The translations under genes were made by a program, and so were the position numbers. DNA of 64,000 nt from Flavobacteriales bacterium. Its GTDB lineage: Bacteria > Bacteroidota > Bacteroidia > M30B66. The notes under the pieces are model-generated. The model ran no database searches. It was not told the origin of the DNA and saw only the letters and a program-made list of their open reading frames with translations. Shown in pieces: positions 19,791 through 31,300 of the stretch (positions are counted from its first letter, which is position 1; each line of letters opens with the position of its first letter). The stretch is taken from the NCBI GenBank assembly GCA_046294625.1, contig JBKBKN010000007.1, positions 2,517 through 66,516 of the forward strand. The letters are read 5' to 3'.

Positions 19791-20264
19791 TCAATGCAAC
19801 AGTTTGTCGGCGCAAACCGATGATGCAAAAGCATCAGGTTTAGATTTGAAAATGTAACCCATCCCCTTGGTGTAGCCCATTGCATCGGCATAGGCCTGAT
19901 GAGATTGAAATTTGGGATCAACATTGATATCAGCATGAATCTCTACTTCCACATTATAACTTTTGGTAACTTCTGAGATTTCATATGCTGTTTGAATAGA
20001 TGCATTCACTTCGGCCATCATTCTTTCGCGCATGGCCATCCGCTGTTTTAACTTTTGTTTGTTCACATACATGAACCCCCCATTTCCAATTACAAGAAAT
20101 AAAATCACCGTGACCATATCGATTGTGGTTCCCCGAACCTGCGAGTCTGTACCGATACATATTTTAATGGCTCGATTTTGCTCTCTAAAACTTTTCAAAA
20201 CCTTTTCTACCGCCTCTGATATTGGAGCATCAATCATTGCTCCTGAATATGTTTTCCATGCCAT
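19791..20264 (-). CDS. RNase H-like YkuK/DUF458 family protein
   Basis: 157 aa with an IGTDSQ motif recalled as characteristic of the DUF458 (YkuK) family. Assigned from memory only. Confidence 0.45.
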   Translation of the reverse strand: MAWKTYSGAMIDAPISEAVEKVLKSFREQNRAIKICIGTDSQVRGTTIDMVTVILFLVIGNGGFMYVNKQKLKQRMAMRERMMAEVNASIQTAYEISEVTKSYNVEVEIHADINVDPKFQSHQAYADAMGYTKGMGYIFKSKPDAFASSVCADKLLH

Positions 20265-20523
20265 ACAAGTCTTTTAATTAAGTAAAAAATATGCAGGTTA
20301 ATTTGTTTTGAAATCTACTCCCCAAAAACGGATTCCACTGCTATTTTCAAAACTAAGATAAACAGATTAAGAAATAGACATAAACCGTCGTCTAATTGTA
20401 AACAATTCATTAACAAATCATTGTAATTCCCATTGTGTAATATTCTTCCAGCAAGCAACTTCTTCCATACACAAGTGTTTATAGGCTTTAATTTCATTAG
20501 GTTTGCAGGTCAATTGAAGCTAC

Positions 20524-22080
20524 ATGCGTAAAAAAGTAGATTTTCTGGTGATTGGATCGGGCATTGCCGGTTTGAGTTTTGCACTCAAAATTGCCTCTTA
20601 TGGCAAGGTCATCATTATCACGAAAAGTGATCAGGATGAGTCCAATACCAAGTATGCTCAAGGAGGCATAGCTGCGGTGACTTATGCCCCTGACACTTTT
20701 AAGAAACATGTTCAAGACACCTTAATCGCCGGCGACGGGCTATGTGACGAAAACATTGTACACAAAGTGATCACCGAAGGTCCTGAACGTATTCAGGAGC
20801 TCATCGACTGGGGCACTCAGTTCGACACCAAAGATGATGGTAGTTTTCATCTTGGCAAAGAAGGCGGGCATTCTGAACATCGCATTCTGCATCATAAAGA
20901 TATTACAGGATATGAGATCGAAAGGGCACTCATTGCCCAGATCAAAGCCCACCCAAACATCGAAATTCTTGATCATCATTTTGCTATAGAAGTGATCACA
21001 CAGCACCACCAAGGCATGTATGTCAACAGTAAAACACCGGGCATAAAATGCTATGGAGCGTATGTTTTGGATCTTAAAACAGGCAAAACAGAAGTGATTC
21101 TCTCCCGAATAACCTTGATGGCAAGTGGTGGAATCGGTCAGGTATATGCCGCTACTACCAACCCGACTATTGCCACTGGCGATGGTATTGCTATGGTTTA
21201 TCGCGCCAAAGGAAGAGTGGAAGATATGGAGTTCATTCAGTTTCACCCAACGGCGCTCTATGAGCCCGGGAAACAGCCATCTTTTCTCATTACGGAAGCC
21301 ATGCGAGGTGCAGGCGCGGTCTTACGCAATGTTGATGGCGTGGCTTTTATGTATAAATATGATTCGCGGAAAGAACTTGCTCCCCGCGATATCGTAGCCC
21401 GTGCGATTGACCACGAATTGAAGTCCCGAGGCGATGACTATGTTTTACTGGATTGCAGACATATCAGCGAATCGGAAATTAAGCATCATTTTCCCAATAT
21501 TTATCAGAAGTGCAAAAGCATAGGCATTGAATTGCCCAAAAACATGATTCCCGTAGTACCGGCATGTCATTATTTGTGTGGTGGCATCAAAGTAGATGAG
21601 CACGGTCGAACCAGCATAGAAAATCTTCTTGCAGCAGGCGAATGCGCGCGAACAGGGCTTCATGGAGCCAACCGACTGGCATCTAACTCGCTGCTCGAAG
21701 CCCTATTTATATCACACAGGGCGTTTTTATTTGCAAAAGAAAATTTTAATAACATCCAAATCGAAGAGCAGATCCCTGAATGGAATATCGAAGGAACAGT
21801 GGACAATGAAGAAATGGTACTCATCACACAAAGCAGAAAAGAACTACAATCCATCATGAGCAATTATGTGGGAATTGTGCGAAGCAATGTGAGACTTCAG
21901 CGGGCGCATGACCGACTAATGATTTTAAACCGTGAAACTGAGGAGCTTTATCAGCGCAGCAAGCTCACTCCTGCACTTTGTGAACTACGAAATTTAATAC
22001 TCACCGGCTATCTAATCATCAAAGCGGCGCGATTGAGAAAAGAAAACAAAGGGCTACACTACTCTATCGATTTACTATAA
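20524..22080 (+). CDS. nadB: L-aspartate oxidase
   Basis: FAD-binding N-terminus (DFLVIGSGIAGLSFAL), the succinate dehydrogenase/fumarate reductase flavoprotein fold, and a NadB-typical C-terminus. 518 aa. Confidence 0.9.
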   Translation: MRKKVDFLVIGSGIAGLSFALKIASYGKVIIITKSDQDESNTKYAQGGIAAVTYAPDTFKKHVQDTLIAGDGLCDENIVHKVITEGPERIQELIDWGTQFDTKDDGSFHLGKEGGHSEHRILHHKDITGYEIERALIAQIKAHPNIEILDHHFAIEVITQHHQGMYVNSKTPGIKCYGAYVLDLKTGKTEVILSRITLMASGGIGQVYAATTNPTIATGDGIAMVYRAKGRVEDMEFIQFHPTALYEPGKQPSFLITEAMRGAGAVLRNVDGVAFMYKYDSRKELAPRDIVARAIDHELKSRGDDYVLLDCRHISESEIKHHFPNIYQKCKSIGIELPKNMIPVVPACHYLCGGIKVDEHGRTSIENLLAAGECARTGLHGANRLASNSLLEALFISHRAFLFAKENFNNIQIEEQIPEWNIEGTVDNEEMVLITQSRKELQSIMSNYVGIVRSNVRLQRAHDRLMILNRETEELYQRSKLTPALCELRNLILTGYLIIKAARLRKENKGLHYSIDLL

Positions 22081-22082
22081 AA

Positions 22083-23024
22083 TCAGCGTAATCTCAATAC
22101 GGCGCCTTCCCTGATTTCAACCCCGTCGTTAATTTGGTTGTATTTTCTTAAGTGCTTTTGCTTAATGCCATAACGTTGCGAAATATCGCGAAGCGATTCT
22201 CCTTTTTGCACTTGATGTGTTTTATCTTCGGCCTTTCTGCGTTTGGGTTGTAAGTAAATGATTTCACCGGATTGTATGGGCTGACCTTTCTCCAAATCAT
22301 TGTATTTCACAATTTGCCAGCTCATTACATCGAGCTCTTTTGCCAGACTCTCAGGGGTGTCGCCATCTTTTGCCACCACTGATTTAATGCGATTCCTAAG
22401 ACTTATGGGTCTGACAACTTTGCCTTTAAACTCCAATTCTTTAGGTTCGGTAACAGGTTTTTCCGGACGGGTTTTTATTTGTGTAACAGGTGGAGTTGAT
22501 ATGATTACATCCGGTTTATCAAACCAATGCAATTCATTGTCTTCTATCGTTTTTATTAAGAGCTCTGCATATTTAGGATTTGTTGCATATCCGGCTTTTT
22601 TCAATCCATGCGCCCATGCTTTGTAATCGGTAATGTCGAGCTCAAATAAGAAAGCATAACGCTGATTCTGCTTTAAAAACATGGAGTGGTCTTCATAAGA
22701 ATCCAGCACTTTCTCATACTTTCTGAAACACTCATCTTTAGCATCGTCGTCTTTATGGTAGGTTTTGCCGGTCCAGGTGCTCTTGCACTTAATGCCGAAG
22801 TGATTATTGGCATTTTTTGCCAACTCACTATTTCCTGAGCCTGATTCTAAGATACCCTGCCCCAACTTAATGCTTGCCGGTATCCCATAGCGTTGCATCT
22901 CGAGTATGGCAATGTCCTTATATTGTTCAATATATGCAGAAGTAGAAATCCTGTAATGCTGCTGAGCAGGAATATATGAACAAAGTGGCAACAAAAGCCA
23001 TATCAAGGCAAAGATTCTGAGCAT
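22083..23024 (-). CDS. peptidoglycan hydrolase: glucosaminidase (FlgJ-like) domain plus two LysM domains
   Basis: Signal peptide. Glucosaminidase motif region (ASIKLGQGILESGSG...NNHFGIK). Two C-terminal LysM-like repeats (GDTPESLAKELDVMSWQIVKYNDL; GESLRDISQRYGIKQKHLRKYNQI). Confidence 0.7.
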   Translation of the reverse strand: MLRIFALIWLLLPLCSYIPAQQHYRISTSAYIEQYKDIAILEMQRYGIPASIKLGQGILESGSGNSELAKNANNHFGIKCKSTWTGKTYHKDDDAKDECFRKYEKVLDSYEDHSMFLKQNQRYAFLFELDITDYKAWAHGLKKAGYATNPKYAELLIKTIEDNELHWFDKPDVIISTPPVTQIKTRPEKPVTEPKELEFKGKVVRPISLRNRIKSVVAKDGDTPESLAKELDVMSWQIVKYNDLEKGQPIQSGEIIYLQPKRRKAEDKTHQVQKGESLRDISQRYGIKQKHLRKYNQINDGVEIREGAVLRLR

Positions 23025-23529
23025 TTTACAAAATTAGCCGCAAAGCATGAGATAGTGCTTTTAAAATAACATCTACTTATAAACACATAAACGTTAATTG
23101 TTTGGGTTTATTCGATCATCAAGAACATCAGTAGGTTTTAATGTGAAACAAGCATCATAATTCAACTCCTAAGCCGGAAAGAATTCACCATCCCCACTAT
23201 GTGGTATTGCACATACATTTAACCTGAATTAGATTTGTTAGTGTATTTAATTGAGTCATTGTTGATTGCTAGACAGATTTGCCAACATATCCTATTTTAA
23301 CTCGTTGAATCTTAAACATTGAACATCAAAGGTGTCTTGCGCAACGATTCCAATTTTGTAATCGCGCACAGAATGCTCATTGATAGAAATGAATACCGAT
23401 TGATCAAAAACAGGTTTAATTAGATCACCTAAGCACTGAATGTTTATTTAAAAACACAATGGAAAAAACAATACCCTTACTTTTACCTCATTATCACAAT
23501 CATGCTCTTGTTAATTATGCTATTGGGCT

Positions 23530-24147
23530 TTGGTCCCAGGTTTTTTAAGGCCATTTTTTGAACAAACAAGCCATATTCAGATGGAAAGTTTACCACTGAA
23601 ATTTATCCTGCATGGTAGCGTAATGACCTTATGGTATATACTGCTCGTTGTGCAATCGGCCTTGATAAATGTGCGCAAGGTACAATTGCATATGCGCTTG
23701 GGATGGCTCTTAGCCGGGTTGGCATTATTTGTCGTGATATCTGCCTGGCCTGTGATGATGGGTTTTGCTCCTCGTGTGCTTTCATTGGGTTTTATTGATT
23801 TGGAAAAACCTTCGACTTTGGTACATCAGGCATGGATGTGGTATAATGACCTTATGGCTCTTTTTGCATTTACCATTATGGTGTCCATCGCTATCTGGAA
23901 GCGAAAAAAAGTGGCTTTGCACCGAAGTATGGTACTCATCGCATCAATGATGTTTATGGCTTCTGCTATAGCCCGTATGCTTGAGTGGATGACAAATGGG
24001 TTTTCCTTTATTAGCTTTATCATTACAAGCCTAGCAATCATGTTTGCATATCCCATTGCTTTGGTGGTGATTATTGGATTTGCTACAAGATGTTTCCATA
24101 CTATCCTTCTATCAGATTGGGTATTATGGCTATTGCAATTACCTTGA
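23530..24147 (+). CDS. hypothetical polytopic membrane protein (possibly damaged at 5' end)
   Basis: 4-5 hydrophobic segments. The upstream short ORF MEKTIPLLLPHYHNHALVNYAIGLW in another frame suggests a possible frameshifted N-terminus. Confidence 0.3.
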   Translation: MVPGFLRPFFEQTSHIQMESLPLKFILHGSVMTLWYILLVVQSALINVRKVQLHMRLGWLLAGLALFVVISAWPVMMGFAPRVLSLGFIDLEKPSTLVHQAWMWYNDLMALFAFTIMVSIAIWKRKKVALHRSMVLIASMMFMASAIARMLEWMTNGFSFISFIITSLAIMFAYPIALVVIIGFATRCFHTILLSDWVLWLLQLP

Positions 24148-24545
24148 ACTTTGTGATCCCCAATACAGAATGGGGAATGGCATTTTTTCTACAACACTTG
24201 AAATAATGAACTTAGCATCAATTAATCATAAACTCCGTACTGCGGTTCCGGGCTCTGCCTTCATTGGTATTATTGTCTGCTTCAGCTATTTTGGCTCCAT
24301 TGCTCTTGTGATTCCTGCCTTGGTGTGCACTTTATGCTGGATTGCTCCTGAGTATGCACTTCCTGACAGCAGCCTTTTCTTTGTGTTCTTTTCTCTATCA
24401 GTTCTGGTGCATGATTGGCTGAGTGGAAAGGATTCCCGATTATACCATCATTGTTTTTAAGACCATGCTCAAGGTGCTTATAGCCATTTTGGTGTTTCTA
24501 GAAACAAAGGTCTGGACATCAATATTTTTAAAACACGTAAATGGA

Positions 24546-25092
24546 TTTCAATATGAACGCTATTACACCCTCATACGGATCCGTGCCCGCAGGTCGCAAC
24601 CAGACTATCGACATCCTGCGCGGTGTGGCACTCCTCTTGATTCTGGTTGTAAACTGCGCATTCGATTTCACCGGCTGGGACTGAACCGTTCCCGATGAGC
24701 ATGTTCCAGAAAACACAATGGCGGCGCTCATTCCTTCGGTCAATGGCTTGGTTGACTTCTTCTTGCGGGACAAGGCTCGTGCCCTGTTCGTGCTGATGTT
24801 CGGAGTGTCCTTTGCCCTGCAGCTTGCCCGATCTGAGCAGAGCGGAAGATCCTTCAAACGCATATTCATGAAGCGCATAGCACTGCTTGCTATGATAGGA
24901 TTGGTTCACGGCCACTTGATTTACTACATTAAGATTCTGCGTCTGTAAGCGATGGCCGGATTGCTGATGCTGCTATTGTGGCGTCTGCCGAACAAAGCGC
25001 TTTTACCCTTGGTCGGCTTTCTCACCGTACTAGCACCATTACTGGGCTTCGGAATAAGAAGCTTATTTCTTTCTGAAGATCCCTATGAGTAA
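24546..25092 (+). pseudogene. DUF418/DUF1624 (YeiB-like acyltransferase-3 family) membrane protein remnant, two frameshifts and truncated
   Basis: The N-terminus MNAITPSYGSVPAGRNQTIDILRGVALLLILVVNC is the typical DUF418 start. It continues in frame +1 (24718..24948: FFLRDKARALFVLMFGVSFALQL...) and then in a third frame (24951..25092). Total length is under half a full-length homolog. The segment is about 50+% GC against about 39% around it. Confidence 0.5.
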
Positions 25093-25404
25093 TTCCAAAG
25101 GCTCGTATTAGAAAATAAGTATCAAGAAGCTTTTAAATATTTTGATCAATATAAAGATTTAATACTTGCCACAGATAGGCTTGAAGAGATAAAGTATAAA
25201 GACATTTGGTTCTGTCCGACCTATGTTTCGCAATATGGAGTTTTAAGACTATTTAAAGAGAAAATGGAAGCTGATCCAAGAAATGAATACGTATCCGTTA
25301 TTGAAAGATATCACGGTGGATCTTCTGTTGATTCTTGGTTGGAAATGCCGATGTATAATACATCCAAACCCAACAGTATCCAATTTCATGAAGATTAACT
25401 TTCT

Positions 25405-25827
25405 GTGTTTGAACAGGAAAACTACATAAAAATGTTGATCCAAACAGGAGCGAAAATATTGGCTGGAACAGATTACATCATTCCATGTGTCTATGCAGGA
25501 TTTAGTTTGCAGAAAGAGCTACAAGTTTTTGTCAGGTTGGGAATGACTCCCTTGCAAGCTTTACAAACTGCTACCATCAACCCCGCTCACTTTATGAAAA
25601 ATAACAAAATAGGGGAGGTAAAAGCAGGGAAATTGTCGAATTTATTAGTACTCAATTCCAATCCATTGGAAGATATCCATCATACGCAGGATATTTATGC
25701 GGTATTCTTAATAGGCAGGTATTTAGATCGGGATCATTTGGATGGTATGCTTCAAAAGGCAAAAAACTGGCGAATGCCGAACATATTCACGAATGGTTTG
25801 CACCTCGGATGTAAGCAGATAGTATAG
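25405..25827 (+). pseudogene. C-terminal fragment of an amidohydrolase-family metal-dependent hydrolase
   Basis: 140 aa matching only the C-terminal about third of amidohydrolases (GAKILAGTD...TPLQALQTATINPA...GKLSNLLVLNSNPLEDI). There is no N-terminal TIM-barrel metal-binding part. It is flanked by other start-less ORF fragments (25103..25400, 25830..26040, 26043..26210). Confidence 0.5.
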
Positions 25828-26354
25828 AGCGTACCATACAGACATTTCTGAAAAATCGAGAAAGTATTGAAGAAGAATTTCCCGTGAGATGGAATATGTT
25901 GCTTTCTACGGGGTGGAATTTTTTCAACGAAAGTAAAAAAGAAGAAGCGAAAACAATGGCTGCTCTTATCATAGACTTATATCCTGACTTTGTTTATGCA
26001 CTTGCTTTTGCAAGCGAGAACTTTAAATATTGTGGTGACAAATAACGGGCTAGAACTGCTTTTCAAAAAGCATTGAAGGTTTATACCTGCTATAATGTTT
26101 TAGAACGCTGGATCAAAGAACTGGATGAATCTTTGGCCTTTGGAAAAAAATACAAACAAAAGGAACCGATCTATTTGGCTGCCAGGATTCCATATATGTA
26201 TCATCATCATTGATTGCCCTTAACAAGATGTTTTCATCTTTCTCTCTGGCATTAAAACTTATTTAAAAGCAGGTTGCGATTCGATATCAGTAGCCAAAGA
26301 TATTATTTTCATATTTCGAACAAGGTTATTCTGACAAACAATAATAACCTAGCA

Positions 26355-28322
26355 TTAATTAATCTTAAATTCTGTTCTTCGGTTTTTAGCTCTGCCTTCT
26401 TCTGTATTATTATCTGCTACCGGAAATTTAGCTCCATAACCTTTGGCGGTCATTCTTGATGTTGCAATACCTTTCTTCTGAAGATAGTCCACTACACTTC
26501 TTGCTCTCTGTTCGGACAGTTGCTGATTGCTTTCTGCACTACCTATATTGTCGGTGTGTCCGCTGATCTCCACCCTGATATCCGGATTTTTTTCAAGCAA
26601 AGCTTTCAATCGGTCAAGCTCAATGTAGGATTCGGGAAGTAAGGTAGAAGATGCTGTTTCGAAAAAGATATTGTTCAACACTATACTCTCTCCCTTTTCA
26701 ATCGATTTCAGCTGAATGTCAAGTTCGAAAAACTTAGATGGATCCTGCTTGCCAGTCAAAGTAAAATTCTCTGAATGAAACAGATATCCATCAGCTTTGG
26801 CGTTAAAGGCAAATCTGCCTGATGAGGGTAAGCAGGAAAAATATACACCTGTGATATTGTCTGATGTCCCGCTGATTAAAATCTTGCCAGTTGCGAGGTC
26901 TACGAGTTCAAAAGTGGCGCCAATAGACTGATTGTTTTTTCCTCCTTTGATCATACCTTTGATATATGTTACCGGCAGTGGCATGATAGTTTCCGGTATC
27001 TCAAATGAATATATATCAATGCCTCCTAACCCATCTTTATAATTAGCTGAAATAAACCCGGTTTTGCCATTTGCATTGATAATCAAGTGTCGTTCATCAT
27101 CTTTGGTATTGATTGGATATCCAAGATTAACAGGCTTTCCCCAGGTTGCGTCACCCTGGAGCTCCGACTTAAATAAATCAAACCCACCCAGTCCGGGATG
27201 ACCTTTCGATGAGAAATAAAGTGTTCGTCCATCGGGATGCAAAAAAGGACTATTCTCATCATCTTCGGTGTTGATGGTTGCGCCAAGATTTTCGGCCGGT
27301 AACCACCTGCCCGAGGCATCTCTACGCGACATCCAAAGATCTGCCTTGCCCTGCCCTCCGGGTCTGGTGCTAGTAAAAATCAACATGTTGCCATCAGCAG
27401 AAAGCGTGGGTTGTGTTTCCCAACTTTTGGTGTTAATATTAGGCCCAAGATTTATTGGCTTCTGCCATTTACCACCCACATTTTCAGCTACATATAAATC
27501 GCAGGAACCAAATGAGTCATCTTTTTCGCATGCAGTAAATACAAAAGTTCTGCCATCGGGCGAAATGCTTTGCACGCCTTCATTGTAATGAGTATTTAAG
27601 GGTGGACCCAAGGGTCTAGCTTTTCCCCATTGACCATTATTTAATGTCGATACATAAAAGTCTTCTTCAAATGGGCTATTCGTCTGACTGAATGTGTCTG
27701 CTTTTCTCCTTCTGGTGAAATAGAGATTGTTGTTATCAACCGTCAAAGCCGGGTAGTATTCATCGAACTCTGAATTGACATTGTGCCCAAGGTTATTAGG
27801 ATTAAATGCGACGGGATTGCGAACGGCTTCCGCACCAAATCTGGCGCACTCTAAGCGAAATTTTGCTTTTTTGACAAGCTCCGGCTTTTGATTAGGATAA
27901 CTGAGAAATCGCTCAAGAAAGGGGATAGCTTCTTCATATTCTCCAGCCAGCAAGAGCGTGCCGGCTAGGTTGTTATAATATTGAGGATGCTTATCTGGTT
28001 TAATTTCAAGGGCTATTTTATAGTATTTGACCGCATCATCATACTCTTTTAAATCTGTCAATACATCTCCCAAAAGCATATTGGCTTCATAAAAATTCTT
28101 TTCGGCCTTAATGGCGTTTAACAAATGTTCTTTGGCCTTAGTCGGATTTTTATATTGGTAATTACGCAACCCTTCTTCAAATGCGGCAATCGCTTTTTTA
28201 TTTTTGATGTCATAAGATCCAACTGGCTGCGCAACACAGCTAATGCCAAAGCACATTGTTAGAAACATCAAAACTTTGCGGAGCAACTGCCGCATCATGA
28301 TACGATACTTAAATTGATTCAT
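26355..28322 (-). CDS. OmpA-family protein with N-terminal TPR and PD40/WD40-like beta-propeller repeats
   Basis: Signal peptide, TPR-like helices, several PD40-type repeats (SPDGRT..F, LSADGNMLIFTS, HPDGRTLYFSS). C-terminal OmpA/MotB peptidoglycan-binding domain (ISGHTDNIGS...NQQLSEQRA...NRRTEF). Confidence 0.75.
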   Translation of the reverse strand: MNQFKYRIMMRQLLRKVLMFLTMCFGISCVAQPVGSYDIKNKKAIAAFEEGLRNYQYKNPTKAKEHLLNAIKAEKNFYEANMLLGDVLTDLKEYDDAVKYYKIALEIKPDKHPQYYNNLAGTLLLAGEYEEAIPFLERFLSYPNQKPELVKKAKFRLECARFGAEAVRNPVAFNPNNLGHNVNSEFDEYYPALTVDNNNLYFTRRRKADTFSQTNSPFEEDFYVSTLNNGQWGKARPLGPPLNTHYNEGVQSISPDGRTFVFTACEKDDSFGSCDLYVAENVGGKWQKPINLGPNINTKSWETQPTLSADGNMLIFTSTRPGGQGKADLWMSRRDASGRWLPAENLGATINTEDDENSPFLHPDGRTLYFSSKGHPGLGGFDLFKSELQGDATWGKPVNLGYPINTKDDERHLIINANGKTGFISANYKDGLGGIDIYSFEIPETIMPLPVTYIKGMIKGGKNNQSIGATFELVDLATGKILISGTSDNITGVYFSCLPSSGRFAFNAKADGYLFHSENFTLTGKQDPSKFFELDIQLKSIEKGESIVLNNIFFETASSTLLPESYIELDRLKALLEKNPDIRVEISGHTDNIGSAESNQQLSEQRARSVVDYLQKKGIATSRMTAKGYGAKFPVADNNTEEGRAKNRRTEFKIN

Positions 28323-28393
28323 TACAGCAAGATTAAAACAAAAACGGCTGTCCGATGCAATTCGGTACAGCCGTCTGATTATTTTTTTACAAT

Positions 28394-31300
28394 TTATTTT
28401 CTCACTACGGTGATGTCGCCATTAAAGGTGTCGCCATTGCTTAACTCCAAAATGTAAAAGTAAACTCCATCAGGTTGATCGGTTGCAGCCCAATCGTTTT
28501 GATAAGCGGTGGTTGAAAATACCACATTGCCCCAACGGTTGTAAACAGATAGCTTGGAATTGGGAAATGCTTCTAAACCTGCAATCACAAACAAATCGTT
28601 AAATCCATCACCGTTGGGAGTAAATGAATTAGGAATTGCAAACTCTCCGGCTATTAAATATTGCGCCGATGTTTGATCTGAACAACCATTCTCATCTATT
28701 ACCAAAAGACTCACATTATAAGTTCCCGGAGTGGTAAAGGCAAAAGAAGGATTTTGACTTGCACTCGTGTTAAGATTGCCAAAGTTCCATGACCAGTTGT
28801 TGATTTGCCCATTGTTGGCCTGAGACTGATCTGTGAAGGCAATACTCACACCGGGCAAAGCAGTTGATGCCGGATTCGATGAAAACAGTGCAGTAGGTCC
28901 TGCGGAAATAATCGTGATGGTATCAGATGCTGTACATCCTGCAATAGTGCCTACAGTGATAATGTATGTTCCAGGGCCAACAGTGATGGCTTGCGTGTTA
29001 GCTCCATTCGACCATGAATAATTGAAAAAACCTGCACCGGCATCGATGGTGATGAGCGAATCGCTGCATACAATCTGATCGGCCGGAAGAGTAACCACCG
29101 GATTTTCATTTACAGTGATTCCTGTATTTATCACATCTGATAAACAATTCCCAATATTTCCAACCACGGTGTAGTTGCCGCTATTGCTTTCATCTATAGG
29201 GAAAATATTGATCGAGTTGCCTGTAGCTGCAAATCCTGCAGGCCCGGACCAAGTATACGTTACACCCGGTTGCTGGGCTACAGTGAGCGAAATGGATCCG
29301 CCTTCGCACACCACCGACTGACCCACAATAACCGGATTATCTGGAACTGGTGTAAATGTGATTGATACTGTGTCGCTTCTCGAACAACCAATGTCATTGC
29401 TTACGGTAACAGCAAATACTCCGGATGCAGTTACCGTGAATGTAGAATCTGTTGAATTATCTTGCCATAAGTAAACATTTCCGGGGCCACTATTTGGATT
29501 CAATACCACAGGCGTGTTTCCGCAAATCGTATCGTTTAATCCAAGATAAACTTCGGGAGATGGTTTGATTAAAATATCGATGGAGTCACTGAAGCTTTCG
29601 CAACCAGCCAAGATGTAGAAGCCATAATACCTGCCGGATTGAGCAGCTGTTAAACTAGAGAGATTTAGAGTTTGACCTGTAAATACCGTGTTGTTAGGCC
29701 CAAACCATCGGTATTGTGCGCCTTGCACTGTCGGACTCATAGTGAGCTGTACGTTTTCACCTTCACAAATTTCACTTGGCCCAGTAATAGATGGAGTCTC
29801 AGGTCTGGGGCTGGTTTCTACAATGATGGTATCTCGTGTTTTGCAACCCTGGAAGTCTGTAATTTCTACCCAATAGAGTCCGGCTTCTTCAACGAGAAAT
29901 GAGTTGCCCGTAGAACCATCCTGCCATTCATATAAAAACACTCCTGGAGGCGCTAATAAAAGCGAAGAACCTTCACAAATCGTATCTCTCCCACCGAGAT
30001 TGATTGGTGGCTCATAATAGCTAACATTGATCGTATCGGTTGCGAAACAGTCTGAACCGCTAAAAACCTGAACAAAGTACATTCCCGGTTGGAAAACGGT
30101 AATTCTCTGTGTGGTATCACCTGTGCTCCAGAGATAGCCTGTCTTTCCCGGACCTGCATCTAAGGTTACCGAATCTCCAATACACACCTGACGGTCGGTG
30201 CCAAGGTTCAAATAGCTAAAGTTTGAAAAGTATCCAAAATTAGCGCTAGCGCCGTTAGATCGTTGTGTAGTTCCAAGATGAAAAAGCTCTGTGCTGAAGT
30301 TTTGCAATAAACAAGTAGTTCCGGAAGGAATCTGCTGCGTATTAAATTGAATTCTTGCAAAAACATACTCCCCATTGCTTCCCGGAACTGGCTGGAATGC
30401 TGATGCCGGAACCAAATTAGGGTTTCCGTTTAATACAAAATTTCCTTCAGCTCCTGCTTTGATGGTAATGTTTAGATTAAAAGTATTACCAGAAGTCCTT
30501 ACAAAGCCAACTTGATTAGATCCGGTACATTCCAATGAAGGGATTAAAGCTCCGGCGATTTGATCACCAATCCCTGAAATTTGCCATACATAAATATTTT
30601 TGCTCCCCTCAATAAAAGCTGCATCTGAAGTAAAATCATAAACATATTGCTCTCCGGCATTAAGTGTTACAGCTGGAGTCACTTCTCCATTCACAAAAAT
30701 ATCGGTGTTGTCTTCTGTGGCCAAAATGAAAGCCTTATCATTTAGAGTTAGTGCACTTCGCACAGCAATATGCTTCTTACCGGTATTGTCTAATGAAATT
30801 AATTGATCAGCCGCCAAGTCGGCTCCACCCCATGAGTTGTCATAATCAATCATGTCGTCCTTTATGGTTACTGTGATTGGTTTGGTGGATGTGATTTTAG
30901 TTCCCGGTGCTCGAGAGTTAGGACTAAATCCGGCAGCTTCGCAATAGTATGTCTGCCCTCTATTCAAAGAAATAGTGAAAGGAATTCCTGCGGGATGCCC
31001 CACAAGATCATTGGTGGGTGTGATGGTTACATCTGTAGTGTCGTCGGTAGCCATTACGATGAAGCCTGAACGAGGCGGTGGATTGTATAAACCTTCGCTA
31101 CCGCCTTCTCCATTATCATTTCTCCAAAGTGTTTGAAAAGGAGTGAAGAAAAGAGTGCCATTGGCATTTTTCCCTTTCAAAGTCATAATGTCCGTATTAT
31201 TTGGACTTCTCACTTCGTAATAAGCCGTAATTGGCGCAGAGGAGCGAACCAATAAACCGGTCGTTCTGATTGTGTTGACTGGTCTTGTTTCTATCCTGTC

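Noticed and set aside
20265-20715. Small ORFs 20315..20497(-) and 20497..20715(-) in the nadB upstream region and 5' end
   Set aside because: They overlap the nadB promoter and start, have low-complexity or implausible sequence and no conservation cues. They are treated as non-coding or promoter region.
23603-24915. Multiple antisense ORFs (23603..23785, 23826..24056, 24528..24878, 24571..24915) in the decay zone
   Set aside because: They lie opposite the membrane-protein ORF and the DUF418 remnant. The GC-rich pseudogene segment produces long open frames on both strands by chance, and none has motif support.
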